From assembly GCF_037042905.1 (NCBI RefSeq), contig NC_087248.1, forward strand, positions 17,298,001-17,362,000: a DNA stretch of 64,000 nt, given 5' to 3'. The position numbers and the translations under genes are program-made. Below are positions 38,837 through 53,040 of this stretch, one piece after another (position 1 is the stretch's first letter; every line of letters begins with the position of its first letter). This stretch comes from Lytechinus pictus. Taxonomy: Eukaryota. Under the pieces are notes generated by a model, which saw only the letters and a list, made by a program, of their open reading frames with translations, had not been told where the DNA came from and made no database searches.

Positions 38837-39722
38837 GTAAGCAACCTTCCACTTCAAATTAAATCCTGATTTATTAATTTGTCTGTCCAATTGGATAGGT
38901 CGAAGATGACAGAATCTCAGAATAATCAACATGGTTAATGCCAAAATTTCATACAAAGTGGTATTTCGCCAAGCTGGGGATTTCGTCCAAAATGGTTCAC
39001 AATTTTATCATTAAGCCTGCATAGCATGGATATCTTTTTTAACACGCAAAACAACCGTATATTTCTAGGGATGAAAACTTTTTATAGACTTAAAAAGTGC
39101 AGGTATCATTTCAATTTCATTTTCAGGAAAAAAAAGACAGAGTCAGATAATGTGAAAGAGAAGCCTTATAAGTTATATTCCATGTGGATCATATTTTTTT
39201 TCTAATGGAATCATACAAATTTAATGATATATGTGTGCTACATGAAAAGGGAATCTAAATTTTTAACCTTTTTGAAAGGTCGCAGCTCTGAGTGGCTACA
39301 GGAAACTACACTAACACGATGGTTACCATGGTTACGTAGCCTGAACAGGATTGGGTTCTCCATCCCTGTGGAGATACATGTTTACCTTCATGTGTAAAAA
39401 CACACCTGAAAACGGTTTTCAAAACCATCAAAAATTCATCGTTCCTCTGAACAGATTCGACAGAAGATCCACCTGCTCTTGAAATTCGACAAGTCACAAT
39501 GTTCATTTTATTCATCATTTCTTTATGAAAATGACGTCTATTGGAATTTACCTCACTGACATAAAAAAATACAACGATATTCTAAAAGAAATATTGTCGA
39601 CGTATCACAAATTTGCCATGGGGAGCACAGAAAACCAATGTTCGTTTGCTGTAGTGATTCTTGTATTTATATCGTGTTCTAGTAGCTGAATAAATATAGG
39701 TCTGAAACTGATTAGATATAGT

Positions 39723-39860
39723 GGCCCGTATCAAAAAGTCCAGTTCAACTTAGACCTTAGTCTAATTATGTATTAAAGTTATGGAAGGCCAGTGTAAAAA
39801 TTATGTTTATATTGTAGGTTTCTTATTTTCACTGTACTATTCTTTCCTAATGTTTTGATA
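39723..39860. mobile_element. Truncated GGCCCGTAT-family MITE (copy 3)
   Basis: GGCCCGTATCAAAAAGTCCAGTTCAACTTAGACC matches one end of the 18103/22442 elements; the other TIR was not found. Confidence 0.5.
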
Positions 39861-41812
39861 CCACGGATACCTTGGAATGAATATTGGAAGTTGGCATTTG
39901 ACGTTAACAACTTGTTTGCCTCTCGTTGGTAAAGGTAACTGATATACCCTTGTTAGGTCTTACCAAGATATTGTACAATTGTCTACAATTATTTGCTATG
40001 TCTACATCTTCAGAAGATAATCAGATATTAGTGTGTAAATCGATGGTGCAAGATTTGCACCAAGCTATAAAGGATTGGATACCTAGTTTGTTTTGTCAAG
40101 CTGTACCAGGAAATCCGAAGCGCAGGCGAACGTAACATAACTTTTTCACATTTCTTTTTGATCGTTTGTTTAATTAAATTCACCTTAACATATAAGACGA
40201 CACACCGAGAAAATGCCATTGTGCAAAAGGATATAGAGTTTGAGTCAACTTACGATTTCATACATGTAATGCTCTTCCAAAAATAAGATTGAGCATGAGA
40301 CTGTTGGAAAAAAATGTTTATTCGATCATATCTGTTCGAGGACACATTATGCGAGGAGAGTGACGATAATCTCTCCCCCTTGTGTTATCAGTCCAATCAC
40401 TATTCTTATTGCAAAGGTAATAGTCGTTAATGGGTTTGTTTTTCGGCTTTGAATCCATTGTAATGTCCTTCAGGAAATACAATATCTGTGCAGTGAATAT
40501 TAACGATTAATTTTTTTTATCTTGCGCGATCAACCTTCGATTGACTCTTACTTGATTGATGGTTTTTTTCCACGATGTGTATCGCATTTTCATGCAACTT
40601 GTACCGTGCATTTTAGGCCCTTAAAAGATTGAAAATTAATTTGGAATATATTAGTAAGAGTGTTGTAGTAGTAGTAGTAGCAGCAACAACATCAGTCGGA
40701 GCATGAGGGCAAAATAGAAGACTATAATTGGGCAAAGCAAATATTTGATAAGGGGTTTTGTGATTTATTGAGTGAAATGATCACTGCATAAAAACATTGT
40801 GACTCATCACCAGGTTCGTAAGCTAGGTCGTTAGTTTTAGAATATTAATCCCAGCCATGCCCCTGTCATAGAGACGATTAAAAGGTTTCAAGTGAAAAGT
40901 TTCGATAGCAACTTCATAAAACCAAAAAGAATATTGTGTGTACATTCTGATTGTGTAACGCACATTGTTAAAGCAACTGTGTTTCAAGAAAGGTTTAGAA
41001 TCATATGACACCTGTACCATGCATCCATTATCTTGGTTAATACAATCATTATAACATTCACTGTAACATGTTGACCAGTTGGTGTGTTGCCATGGTCTTT
41101 TTATTTTTATGGCTTTGGTTTTAATCAGATGTTCAAAGAAAATCCTTTGGCTGCTCCGTGGCTGATGACTTTTTCAAACAGCCATTTGCTTTCCAGACTC
41201 CATCTTAACATGTGATTAGATTTTGATGCTGTATAAGTTACAGATTGAATGGATGGGTGTAAATTGAGAGGAAAGCGGTGCCACTGTCTTCCCTCCGAAG
41301 GTCGTTACCATGGTACCGCATCCCGAGTTTGGCGATCCCATCGGATGAGACATCACGAAAGATGTGAGCCGGAAAGCATCAGAGGCGTTATCAACCCCCA
41401 AAATACTCGTATCATCGTGTAACGCGATTCAAAATCAAGGCTGGGTTATTAACCATATATGAACCATTCAATATCCCGTTTTACTCTTACCCTCACTCCC
41501 CATCCATCTCTCTCTCTCTCCTGTCCTTTTCATCCCAAACTCCTCGGCTCCTAAGGAAGATCTCTTAAAATTAAAACTGACATATAATCCTTCACTGTTG
41601 TCGTTTAGCTAAGCAAGGTATCGTTTGATATTCCTATTCAAGTATAATATGTAGCGGAGTTGATGTGTAGGCCTATTCATCTACCAAATCAGGATTGATG
41701 ACGAAAATAGTATAATCATGATATGATAAAAGCAGCGATTTGTTCCCCCTCTTTCCCTTTCCTCTCGGAGGCTAGAAGCTACTTCCTCTTTGGTGAATAT
41801 TGACGTTAGCTC

Positions 41813-42079
41813 CAGGGGCGTAATGAGCCCAAAATTTTGAGGTGGCCAGAAATGGCGTATCGGGCAAACTTTACAAGAAAAAAATTGCAAGGAAGCGAGC
41901 AAAAATTTCGATATTTTTATTACAAAAATCAAATTTGTGACAGATTTTGACATAAAATTCAGAAAATAATATAATATTTCACCCTCCTCTCTTTCCTTTT
42001 TTTCTTTTTTTTTCTTGGTCTTATTTTGTTTTGGTATGGGGGAGGCAAGCGCCCCAAGACCCTGATCTGTACACCGCTG
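41813..42079. mobile_element. Degraded hAT-like MITE; relatives at about 42447-42745 and 43700-43962
   Basis: CAGGGGCGTA ... TACACCGCTG ends. Shared internal GCGAGC(G)AAAATT and purine/pyrimidine tracts occur in the three copies; no TSD preserved. Confidence 0.5.
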
Positions 42080-44048
42080 TTTGAAAACAGTAACTAATTG
42101 TTATGCTATTGGTATTCATTAATCTGCAGTTTTCAAACGAAATATTATTGCATGACTAATAAGTTAATTAATTGCCCATTAATTCGGTTCACAAATTACT
42201 TTTTTCTTCTTGTTTAAAAAAAAAGATTTCAGTCCTCATGACCTCCCAAATACTTGTGGCGTTCATTTCAATTTTATCCTCCCATATACCGGAAAATTAT
42301 CTAGGAAATAAACGTACTCTTGTTGAATGCATCCGTGATTTCTTATTAGAAATCCGACTCGTTAATAACTCCAACTGATGCAAAAAACCAAAGAGCATTA
42401 TAACTAATCATACGCTTAAATAACAAGCAATAAGTATGTACATCCCACTGGTGCACAGATGAGGGCTTGGGGGCCAAGACCTCCCATCAACCCCCCCCCC
42501 CCGAAAAAAAGAAATCACGACTAAAAATTTAAAAAGGAAAAGAATGAGGGGAGGAAAAGGGTGAAAGCGATACGTTTATCTGAATATTATATCAAAATCT
42601 ATCAAGAATTTTATTTCTGTATTGAAAACGTCAACATTTTCGCTTCGCTAGCTCGCAGCTTTTTTTCATTTTTTATTATTATTTTTTTTTTGAAATTCTG
42701 CCCCATATGCCATGTCTGACCCTCTTAAAAGTTTTGGTTCATTACTAAAACATCTTGTGTTGGTTTATTGGTGACAAACAAATATCTTATTCTTTATCAT
42801 GTCTATAAAGCCTAAATTTCTTTTTTGTTCTCTCTGCTTTGGTATGAGATATGAAAAAAATACGAAAAAAGGGTAATTGCAGGAAACAGGATTTTTCCAT
42901 CCCCGAAACAACAACAATAAAAAAAACCTATAAAAACAAAGCTCCGGTTTCAGGATGGTAGTAAAGAAGAAAGTTGAATGTTATAAGAGAAAAGTTATCG
43001 AACAATAGAAAGAACACATGTCTTTCCTCACTACTAGAAAAATGACAAAAAAACAAAATAACATCAACAACAATGGCAACCTTAACAACAATGTCTACAA
43101 TAATGGAACTTACAAAATATACTCGCCGATGGTAAACTCGACAATTTGAAATAAAGTAAGTTTTGTATCACTCATTCACTCACTCAATCAACCATAATAT
43201 GAGGGCAGCTTTAACCTCTTGAAAAGGACAAGAGAAACGGCTGAAAGTAAAAAGAACCAATGCATTTAAGTCCTTCTAGTTGTGCGTCTTGTTGCATTTG
43301 AATACAGTACTTTCACATAATTGGTTGAACTGTTGAAGATATGTCCAAAAATTCTCTTTGAAGCAGGCCTTTCGAATTTGTAAAGGAGGTCACCTGTAGA
43401 GCCCTTTCATGTTCGAAATGATTTTTTTTCTGATCATCTTGTCATGACGAGTGACAAGTGATTAAAAACTCATTTACACACAATCATTGAAGCAGTATGT
43501 GAAGTCCCGCAGGAATCGGAATAGAATGAACGTGTTTCTTGAAGGACAAGGAATATTCCCTCAAACTGTTTTCACTTAAGGAAAGAAAAGTCAATAACTT
43601 TAACAAATTATAAAAGAGGAACGTGAGGAATCTTCGTAAATATATTCACAAACACTCTATACAATCCATTTGTGCATGATACACGATCCTCCCCAAAATG
43701 AGGATTACAATCCTGGCTGATGAAGCAACACTTTTAAAAAGCTGTAAGCGAGCGAAAATTGTAAACTTTTTAGCAAAAAACCTGTCATGCCTGTGACAGG
43801 TTTTAGATAGTATTCAGAAAAAATATATTTCACCCATTTCCCTTTCCCTTTTTTGGGGTGTTTTTCTACCCTTTTTTTTTTGGGGGGGGGGGTCGTGAAA
43901 CTCGTTCTTTTCGGAGGAGGGGGCGGCGGGAGGCCCCCAAGATCCACACTTTTACGCCGGTGATATCCCTTTGCAATTCCCATGCTGACGATGTGATTGT
44001 TTGTTTTCCTCTTCTGGCTTTCTTAGAGTAAACGGTATTTTGGTTTAC

Positions 44049-44645
44049 AGGACGAGTCAACCCCAACAAAAAGTTGGTTTAAAGAAAAGGAGAAAAATCC
44101 AACAAGCATAACACTGAAAATTTCATAAAAATTGGATGAAAAGTAAGAAAGTTATGACATTTCAAAGTTTCGCTTAATTTCACAAAACAGTTACATGTAC
44201 ATTCTGGTCGGTATGCTAATGAGGACACTGATGATGTCATCTACTCACCTTTTCTTTTTTATTTTATTATATGAAATATTCTAATTTTTCCTCATTGTTA
44301 AATGAAACAACGATTAATATCATCAATTACTCCCTGAACATAAGGAATTAGCATCGTTTAATAATAAATGGTTCAGTCAAGTTGGTCCTTGTTGTCAAAT
44401 CTGTAACAAATGAAATATTGTATAATTCGAACAATAAAAAACAAAAGAAATAGTGAGGGACATCATCGACTGTCTCATTTGCATGTCACTGAGTTGTGCA
44501 TATCACTGTTTTGTGAATAAGCGAAACTTTAAAATGTCATAACTTTCTTATTTTACATCCGATTTTGATGAAATTTTGAGCATTATGCTAGTTTGATTTT
44601 TCTCTATTTATTCAAATCAACATTTTTCTGGGTTGGACTTGACCT
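44049..44645. mobile_element. Kolobok-like (TTAA-flanked) MITE, copy 1
   Basis: AGG...CCT termini with TTAC/TTAA flanks and long imperfect TIRs; highly similar along its length to 57153-57753. Confidence 0.85.
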
Positions 44646-47600
44646 TTAAGTTGTATGAAAATTTCTGTCGTTTGTATAGTGTATTTTTGTAGAGAATATC
44701 TGTCCTGGCCTGTAATAAAAAAATACATAAATAAGTAAATAAATATAAATAAATAAATAAACTAATTGTAGCTGAATTCCATAGCAACTTGATTTTGATT
44801 GGCTTTTAAGCAACCTTACTAGGGTAGTTCTCTCAAAGAAAGACACGATAGAGGTACGAAATAATTACGGTAGTTTTAAAAGTATTTATAGCATTAAACA
44901 CACGTTTTTACTATTTTGGTCCTTTTTTAAACGAGTCGAAATACACTTTCTTACTGGAATTCTCAGCATCACATTGCCCGTTCCTGATAAATAAAGCTCG
45001 CTGGATGGTCATGATACTAGTGACAACATGCCTGCGCTGCGACCCCAACCCTTTTAGCTTTACATTACATACTTAAAATAATCACCTGGGATATTGATAT
45101 TGACATTGCAGTTTATATCTATCTGAATAATGCAATTTTTCCATGAATGGGAAATTAATTTTGGAGTATTTGATGATGCCTACAGACAAACAAGATATCC
45201 ATTTACATGGTAATGAATATGGGACTAGTCTTGTTGAACTGATAACGGTTACATGGAAATTCGACCTCTTAAGTTGTCAGTGGTAAAATAGACCATATTA
45301 TACTCTTTATGGGTATCAAAGATTTCTTGGACGTTGTCAAATTAATGGCATACATGGAAATATATACATCATGTTAACTTAGAGATCATCTTTTTATTTT
45401 CTTGAATATTTTTAAATGATATGTCCAGGGAATAATGTCTAGACAGTAGTGTCACTCCGAAATCAAATCGGTCCTCTCCTTAGGGACTGCCGTTAGTAAA
45501 ATAATAATAACAATAATAAAGTAGTTGTTTGTCGCTCTTGGATGATTATTAAATCCGCCACACAGAAATGTGTCACGGGACTTTTTTTTACACTTCTTGA
45601 AATAATCCGCGACATATTTAGAAATTCGAGTTCACCAGAAACCTCTGTCCGACTTTTTTTTTTACTTATGACTATGTATGCTTCGCAGTACACGCTGTCT
45701 CGTCTTTCTCTCAATTCAGCTTATCAAAGTCAATGCACGATCCCTCCCTAATGAAAGATATCTATTTGGAAACATTCGGCTTTTACCTCCTGATTCAATT
45801 TCCATAATGGAGGAAAAGGACAGACTTAAAGAAGCCTAGTGAGACTCCGTATCAATAGTGACATTGCTTTTGCATAATGGATCTGCCGCTATCGAAGTTT
45901 ATACCTAGGGAAGCGCTTTGTGTATCCAGATACAGGTTTTGCATGAGGCCATATTTTTGTTTTATTTTTTAAACGTTATTTCAATCGGTATTCGTGGGGA
46001 AGAGGCCAATATACCATCCAGTTTATTAGCTCGTTTCGGTTATAGGTTGAAACTTTGCGTCCGTCGACAAGATAGTCGACAATATACATTGTCGACTAAG
46101 GAGTTTTGACGTGTCTGTAAATATATCTTAATATATATTAGTGGAATTGATATGGAATGCCGATAAGAACCAGTAACTAATTGAAAATAGGTCCATGATA
46201 AAATGCACTTGTATCATGCATATTATACCCCCACAGACACCCACCCCCTCTCTCTTTCACGCACACGGACACACAAACAGACACACTTCCTCAATGTGAA
46301 ATTTATAATATTCGAGAAAATTTCGAGCTAACCTATAAACTTTGCCTAATTATTATTGTGTTTTTTTTTATAACTGACCATCTCCTTCTTTTGTTTGCCT
46401 CTGCTTAATGTATAGGTTTCTTTCTTGTTCTGTCTCGGCTTCATCTTCTGTATCATTTTTTTTAGATTGTATTCCACTGTCCTTTTTCTGTTTTTCTTCT
46501 TTTTAAACTATTTACATCTGTCCTTGGAACTACAAATGCATAATCTTTGATCCAATGGCAGGTGTATATAAGTTAAATGATCCACATGGTTTTATAAAAT
46601 ACCCCTTTTCGTATTAACGTTGCAGGCATAAGATCCGTGTGGTTAAACACTGGCATTATTTTGTATTAAGTGGTTTTCAACAGAGCTTTCCATAAATTGA
46701 TTACTAAAAGGAAAAATTGTTTCAAGTGGGCTTTCTGTAAAACACTAAAAGGAAAGGTCTTAAGAATCGGTTATAGTCTAATCTTTAAATATTTGATTAC
46801 CTTGAAAGGATATAAATAATAGCGAATTTCTTATTCCCTAAGAGTATTTTATTTATTCATGGATATACAATAGACTATGTGCTCTATGTTCTTTAAGTGT
46901 TTCGATTCTGCTCCAATATGCACCTTTTATCGACTATCGACTAGCAATATCGATTCGATCTCTTCAAAACTGTTTTTTAATGAGATATTCCCTGGGGAGT
47001 GATAACCACTTGATAGAATAGCAACATGGCGCCCATCACTGTTCGCTCTTACATTGTTTAACACCCAAAACTATTTTTATGGGCTTTGGAGCACGAAAAT
47101 GTTTGTTTTTATGACCGTAGTAATTGTTGACACACGGAGTCTGAACACCATCGATTGTATAAAACAAGGACACTTTCATGAACAAAAACTATACACATAA
47201 AAGGTGGTTTATACAACCTTGTTTGCAATGTGCTACGATCAGGAATCTAAAAAAATATAGATTATAGTTTTTAACAGCAATGTTCAATATCAAACGTTTG
47301 TTGTAATTGAACATTGATGATTGTATTCTCAATATAAATACTAATTGTTTTAACTCTCTTTAAACTGCCAAAGAACGACCACAAAATGATATTAACCCGG
47401 ATTTATAAGATTTATATATGTGGATTTTTTTTCTGTGTAAGACTTTGTTTGAGAATTGTGTCAAAAATTGAGGATGTTAACGCAAAAAACCCCTCTGTAA
47501 CCCTTTTACATTTCGGTTGGTTTTACGCACACTCAAAATTTTCATTAAACCAAATAATTTGCTGGGTCTCTTTAATTATCCAGTATTTAAGATATTCATA

Positions 47601-50600
47601 TATCATTGAGGTAGGTTTGCAGGTTTGAGAATAGCCAAAACTGTTCGATTATGTCAGCTAATTAACAGAACCCATAATCTGATCAACTCTGAAACTAAAA
47701 TCTGAAAACCATTCTCGTATGGAAGGTGAAGGAACCCGAGGCAAAATGGCGTCGTTCGTGACGTTCGTCTGCTACATTTCGGCATGACAACCAAACTTAT
47801 TCCGAAGTCCAAAAAGAACACTATAATTTTCTGCCGATAGAAGAGTCCTTACTTATTTTTGTTAAAGCAACTCAAATGGATTCTTTTAGTTATGCGATCA
47901 GTCGGATTATTTTACATTCTAAATAAATATTTAGACGTGAATTGAGATGGGCTGCTAAATCCCATGAGTGCATACGCCCCACGCTAGATCCCATCTTAAT
48001 GACTCCTCCTTAAAAGGGGTCACGGCTCGTTTCCAATTTGGGGAAACTCGAGCATGGAATCTGGATCAATCCGCGTTAAACCCACCCGAGATAACATTTT
48101 CTCACATACTCCCTCCCTCTCTCTTCCTTTATCTTTCTCCCTCATCCTTTCCCCCATCATGCTAGCGGGACTTAAGCAAGTAAATGCGTGAAGTCACATT
48201 ACAACACACTTATTTGAATACCAAATTGTGTCTCCTTAATGCCTAAATGTCGTCTCCCCATTATGACATCATGTGATCGGATTCATTCGCACGACTTCTT
48301 AGTTCCTTCGGAGTTGACTTTTCGAAGCTACCGTAATCATTGTCAATGCTCTTCGCATACCCCGCTTGATCTGAAATTGAATTTGATGTATACAGATACA
48401 CTCCTCTTTTTCTTCTTTCCCCTCATTTAATACGGATGTTCGCTCGTCTCATTGAATAGGAAATATCTTTTTTCACGTCACGAATCATTATTGCCGCTTT
48501 TGTACTTATCTGTGGCGTGACTGTGGCGCCATAAAACATTAGGGTATGGGATAAAATTTGTATTTAACAATAATCGCGAGTAAGTGAAAATTGTTGCCCT
48601 TTTTTAAATGAAAATGCAATTTTGCAAAATATAGACCTTGCGTCGTATGAATAATTTAATTTTTCACCCATTTCCTTTTCCAATATTTTCATTTTCTCAT
48701 TATTTTGTTAATAACTTTATGTATAATTTCAAAATGTAACTAAAATGTTAGAATATATGAATGACGAACAAAAATGAGAAAAAGGGTTAATTTTTCAAAG
48801 ATCTTTTTGTAATAGATTATTGTTTTAGACTGCTTTAAAAAATATCACCAATATTTATTTTAAAATATCTTTTCTGTGAGTTTGAGGATTCGTTAATTAA
48901 TGATCTTTAAGAATGGATTCTTCTACATCATGCAAATGGTTCTAACGTGTCTTGTTATTTTCTATCCGACAACCCTCTTATATTCGGCACAGTCTCGTTC
49001 CCTATTGATCCGTGGCCTACAGGTATAATCCTTGCATGTATAAAAGAACATCGGGGGTCGTCTACGTATAGAAAGCCACAATATGTGCATTAGTCAAGCA
49101 TCAACTAACAATACAAGGTGTTAACCGGACTGCAAATGAGCAATTCACGACGTCTGTCTGGTCGTCATGTGGCTGATGTCCCCTACCAACCTTTCTTTGA
49201 AACTCCCTGTCCTGTCTCCCATCCCATCTCTGTCGGTTTACACTTTATCCCCCCCCCCTCCCCAAACTTTGGTCAGCCCCCTGCCCCTCTTCAAAGTGGG
49301 AATTATTCAAACTTCTGTTGTTAAAATGCATTTGGTAATAAAGAATTATAATTAAATACCTCCACTTCATCATAACAATGCCCCAGCTTAAAAAAAATTG
49401 AATGTGTTCTTTTTTTTTAATTCATTATCGTAAAAAAAAAATTGCAATTGTATATAAATGATTTTTTTTATTTTAGGAGAATAGACAGTATACGGTACAG
49501 GCCCTGGTGAGAATGAGCCATTACCAATTAGCAATAGCAATATTTTTAGTTAATAATATCGTGATCCTTATCAAGCTAACTTCATTTAAAATGACGAAAC
49601 TCGTTTTCATGATCCAACTTTCCTTGTTAATGTACCATGTACGGGATGGTGTCGTACATGTGTTGTGTAAATTGTGGAAAAAAGGTATGCAAAATCGATG
49701 TCAAGAGCAGTGTCTTTTGTGCACAATCATTAGATTGTACTGGTTGTAGTGTATCAAAGACTAATGAATTGCTTTCATTGATTGGTTAATGGTCTTACTG
49801 ACGTCATCAAACAAGAGCAGGTAACTTAAAGCTTAATCCTTCCCTTACAATAAAACCTGAAACTATTCCAAACAAATATTCTGATATTGTGATGCAGACG
49901 TCCTCCAAACTGCCCAAAGCGGCCATTTTCATTTTTTTCTTTACTAACCGTATTATAGAACCAGCTTGTTATAGATATTTACAGCAATGAGGGAATGAAT
50001 ATTTATTTCTTAGATTTAGGAATTGGTTTGAAAAAAAAAAGACGCGAGGATAAAAGCCTGTACCATTTTTAGTGACCGAATTATAATTCCCATTCGTTAT
50101 CTTGCTATTGTAGCGTCACCAGATTCCTAATGACTACATAAGACCGTGCAGGCTTTTTTTTTAGGGTCAAAATTTGTCAAAAATTTGGTTCTTGTCGACA
50201 CAACTCTTAGACTTTTGGGGGAAATGGCAAACCCCAAGTTTGTACACTATTTCCATGTGATAATACTTAATTTGTGTACTTTGACAATTCTGTCTAATGT
50301 GGATTTCTTTATCTTTAATGACCCTACGTTGATTGAAAGTAGAGAAGGCAAGAACATTGTCAAGTGATTGTACTCTGCACTGAAATTGTGTTTGTGCTCA
50401 GCATCCAATAGGTGTATCCCGAAGCTCAATACCTTTACAGGGACCAGATATTTCAAAGCAAACTTTTCACACATCGTCACACCAATGACGAGCCTCGACG
50501 CAATCATACCGTTAAGATATTGATCCTTTCTTGGCTGAAATTGCTTCCTTGAATTATCTGGATCATCTAAAAATCGATACCAGTCTATTATCCACACCAA

Positions 50601-52009
50601 ACATGCCCAGACCCCCAGGTACCCATTATCATAGTTTCTTTGCAGGTTACATTTCTCAATGGGGCTAACTAGACCGAATTTGCGCGAGGATTAATGTGTT
50701 GAGGAATGAAAAGATTTGGTGCAATTTTCGGGTCAAGGAATCGACCGAGCAAACAATTAGTGGATTTGGCAACTGCAATCATCTTAAACACTATTTCCGC
50801 CGACGAATTTTCGCTCTTACCCTTACAAAACCATTATGAGGGGCTTGACTACAGCACGTTCAGCGAATGTTCTTCGACAACAAAAGGATGCAACATAATG
50901 TTTACATCAATACAGCTCATGTATATATGTGAATGAATATGAATACCTGACTTTATTGAAAGACAGAATATTTGACAGTTGTGGTAATTGCACAGTTTAA
51001 AACCTTTACACGTTACCTTAAGAGACACCTGTTAATGCTTCCTGAAAAAATAGTTATCCTTCATTGTGCATTGAATAGCGACCATCGTTGCATAATTTTA
51101 ATTGGGACTCATTGATGATGTGTAAACGTATGCTTACTTATGATATGATGTTAGTGTTTAAATGTCTTCAGACCAATCAACACGTACATGTGCATATTTC
51201 ATATTAAATACCGTATATTCCACATTAAGCTAGCTTCAAGATAAATCTCATTAAGACCGAAAAAAATATTCCATCTCAGGGGATGATTCAAGGTATGTCT
51301 AAAAATGACCAAACTGGATATGTTACTAGGAAATTATTTCTATATTCACAAAACATTACAAAAAGAAATACAAAGCAAAAATTACAATTTCTTTGAGAGT
51401 GAATTTTATAATGTATACAGTATAAGAACCGATCGCTGAATTATTCCGAACAAAATACAGTTTTAATGGAGTTTTGTGCCTTTTCACATTCGAAATATTG
51501 AAAAGAACTTTGTAAAAGAAAAATATTTGACGGTACGCAACTATGAGACTGTCATGATTTCAGTGTACTGTATTGCTGTTGTCGAGTACAAAAACATATT
51601 ACAATTCACGGCTTACTTGTGTTTTATTGTCTTGAAAAATCTTCGTATAGTCTGGTCTGTTAGCGGAATTATGTGGACACGGTGGACAAAAGCATGATTT
51701 TTTCTCCAGACCTTTGTTTATGTATGAGAATTAAAAATGGGGTATGCTCCAAAAAATCTGGCTGCAGGAACAGTGAAAAAATGGGTGAAAATGTCAAAAT
51801 TTATGAGTTTAGATTGGTCTGATATATAGACTAGCGCTAGTGCAAAACTCAATAGCAGTGCATTATTTTGCATTGGTTTAGTTCTTAAATTCAGACCCTT
51901 TTTGAACAAATATTCTGTTTGTCCTCACATCTCGATGCACTAAATATCTGAATGCAGATGCTAAACAAGCCGAAGGGTGGTGATGGAGGGGGTTGAATGT
52001 TGGTGTGTA

Positions 52010-52600
52010 TGTACATATTTTGGTCTTGGGGTAAAGATGTGCAAGACACATTTTTTGCATGTGTTGGAAATTGTGTTGCCATGGTAACAGTGTATTATGG
52101 CAAAAATAAGGTACAAATCTTGCAGTTAGAACAAGTTCCTCTGTTGTCATCCGATTCTCATGATATTTGGCACACACATTGGTCTTGAGGTGAAGATGTC
52201 TAAGACACATTTTGTGTGTCTTTCAAAAATCTTGTTGCCATGGTAACAACATATTATTTGGTGAAAATTGGGGAAAAAATTACAATTCAAACTGCTTCAT
52301 CAGTTTTAAATCAATTCTCATGAAATTTGACACACACATTGGTATTAGAGTAAAGATGTACAAGGCACTTTTTGTATGTGTTTCAGAAATTGTGTTGCCA
52401 TGGTAACAACATATTATATGGCAAAATTTAGGTAAAAACCTTGCAATTTGAACAACTTCATCAGTTTTGAACCATTTCTCATGAAATTTGGCTCATACAT
52501 TTGCCTTGAGGTAAAGATGTGCAGGAACCATTTTTTGTGTGCATTTGTCAGAGAGTATATTGCCATGGTAACCACATATGATAGCCAGAAATGCAGGAAA
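52010..52600 (+). repeat. ~160-bp tandem subrepeats in the left arm of the foldback
   Basis: GTTGCCATGGTAAC at 52075, 52234 and 52394, and ATTGCCATGGTAAC at 52559; recurring ATGA(A/T)ATTTG and GT(A/G)AAGATGT motifs. Confidence 0.85.
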
Positions 52601-52836
52601 ACTCATTGTGGATCAAACGACTTCCCCTTCTTTAAGTCAGTGCTCATAAAAGTTGGAAGAAATATTCATCTTTGGGTAAAGATTCATATTAAATTCTAAA
52701 CTGCATTAAAATATATGAGTCACCTTCAGTAATATTTCTAGGTTTTGAGGGAGGAACGGGATTGGTCCTTAAAATCTGACATCAAAATAAAGGTTAAAGG
52801 CGGTGTCCATTAACACTCTTGAAATAAGCATCCCCT

Positions 52837-53040
52837 CAAGGGCATAGGCTGGGGGTACACTGGGTGAATGTGAAACCTTCCGCTGTGGCAAAGGAGTTCC
52901 AACACTGGCAAGCAAAACAAAATGTGTACCCCTTCTACTTTCAACGGCTAATTTTCCAAACCTTAGTTCCACCTCCCCAAGATGTGCACCCCTCCCCATA
53001 CCACTTCTATCTCCCCATGCTCAACCAGTCTACGCCTTTG
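52837..53040. mobile_element. Small MITE nested in the left arm of the foldback
   Basis: TIRs CAAGGGCATAGGCTGG / CCAGTCTACGCCTTTG, CCCCT on both flanks, absent from the right arm. Confidence 0.65.

Noticed and set aside
38562-38852. 96-aa minus-strand ORF
   Set aside because: Antisense shadow of the real plus-strand receptor exon.
50247-50600. 117-aa minus-strand ORF, and the other short ORFs such as 9981-10292 and 15231-15437
   Set aside because: No recognisable domain or convincing splice context; lengths are compatible with chance.
52075-52572. CRISPR-like array of palindromic repeats
   Set aside because: The intervening sequences are homologous to each other (tandem units, not unique spacers), the context is eukaryotic and there are no cas genes.
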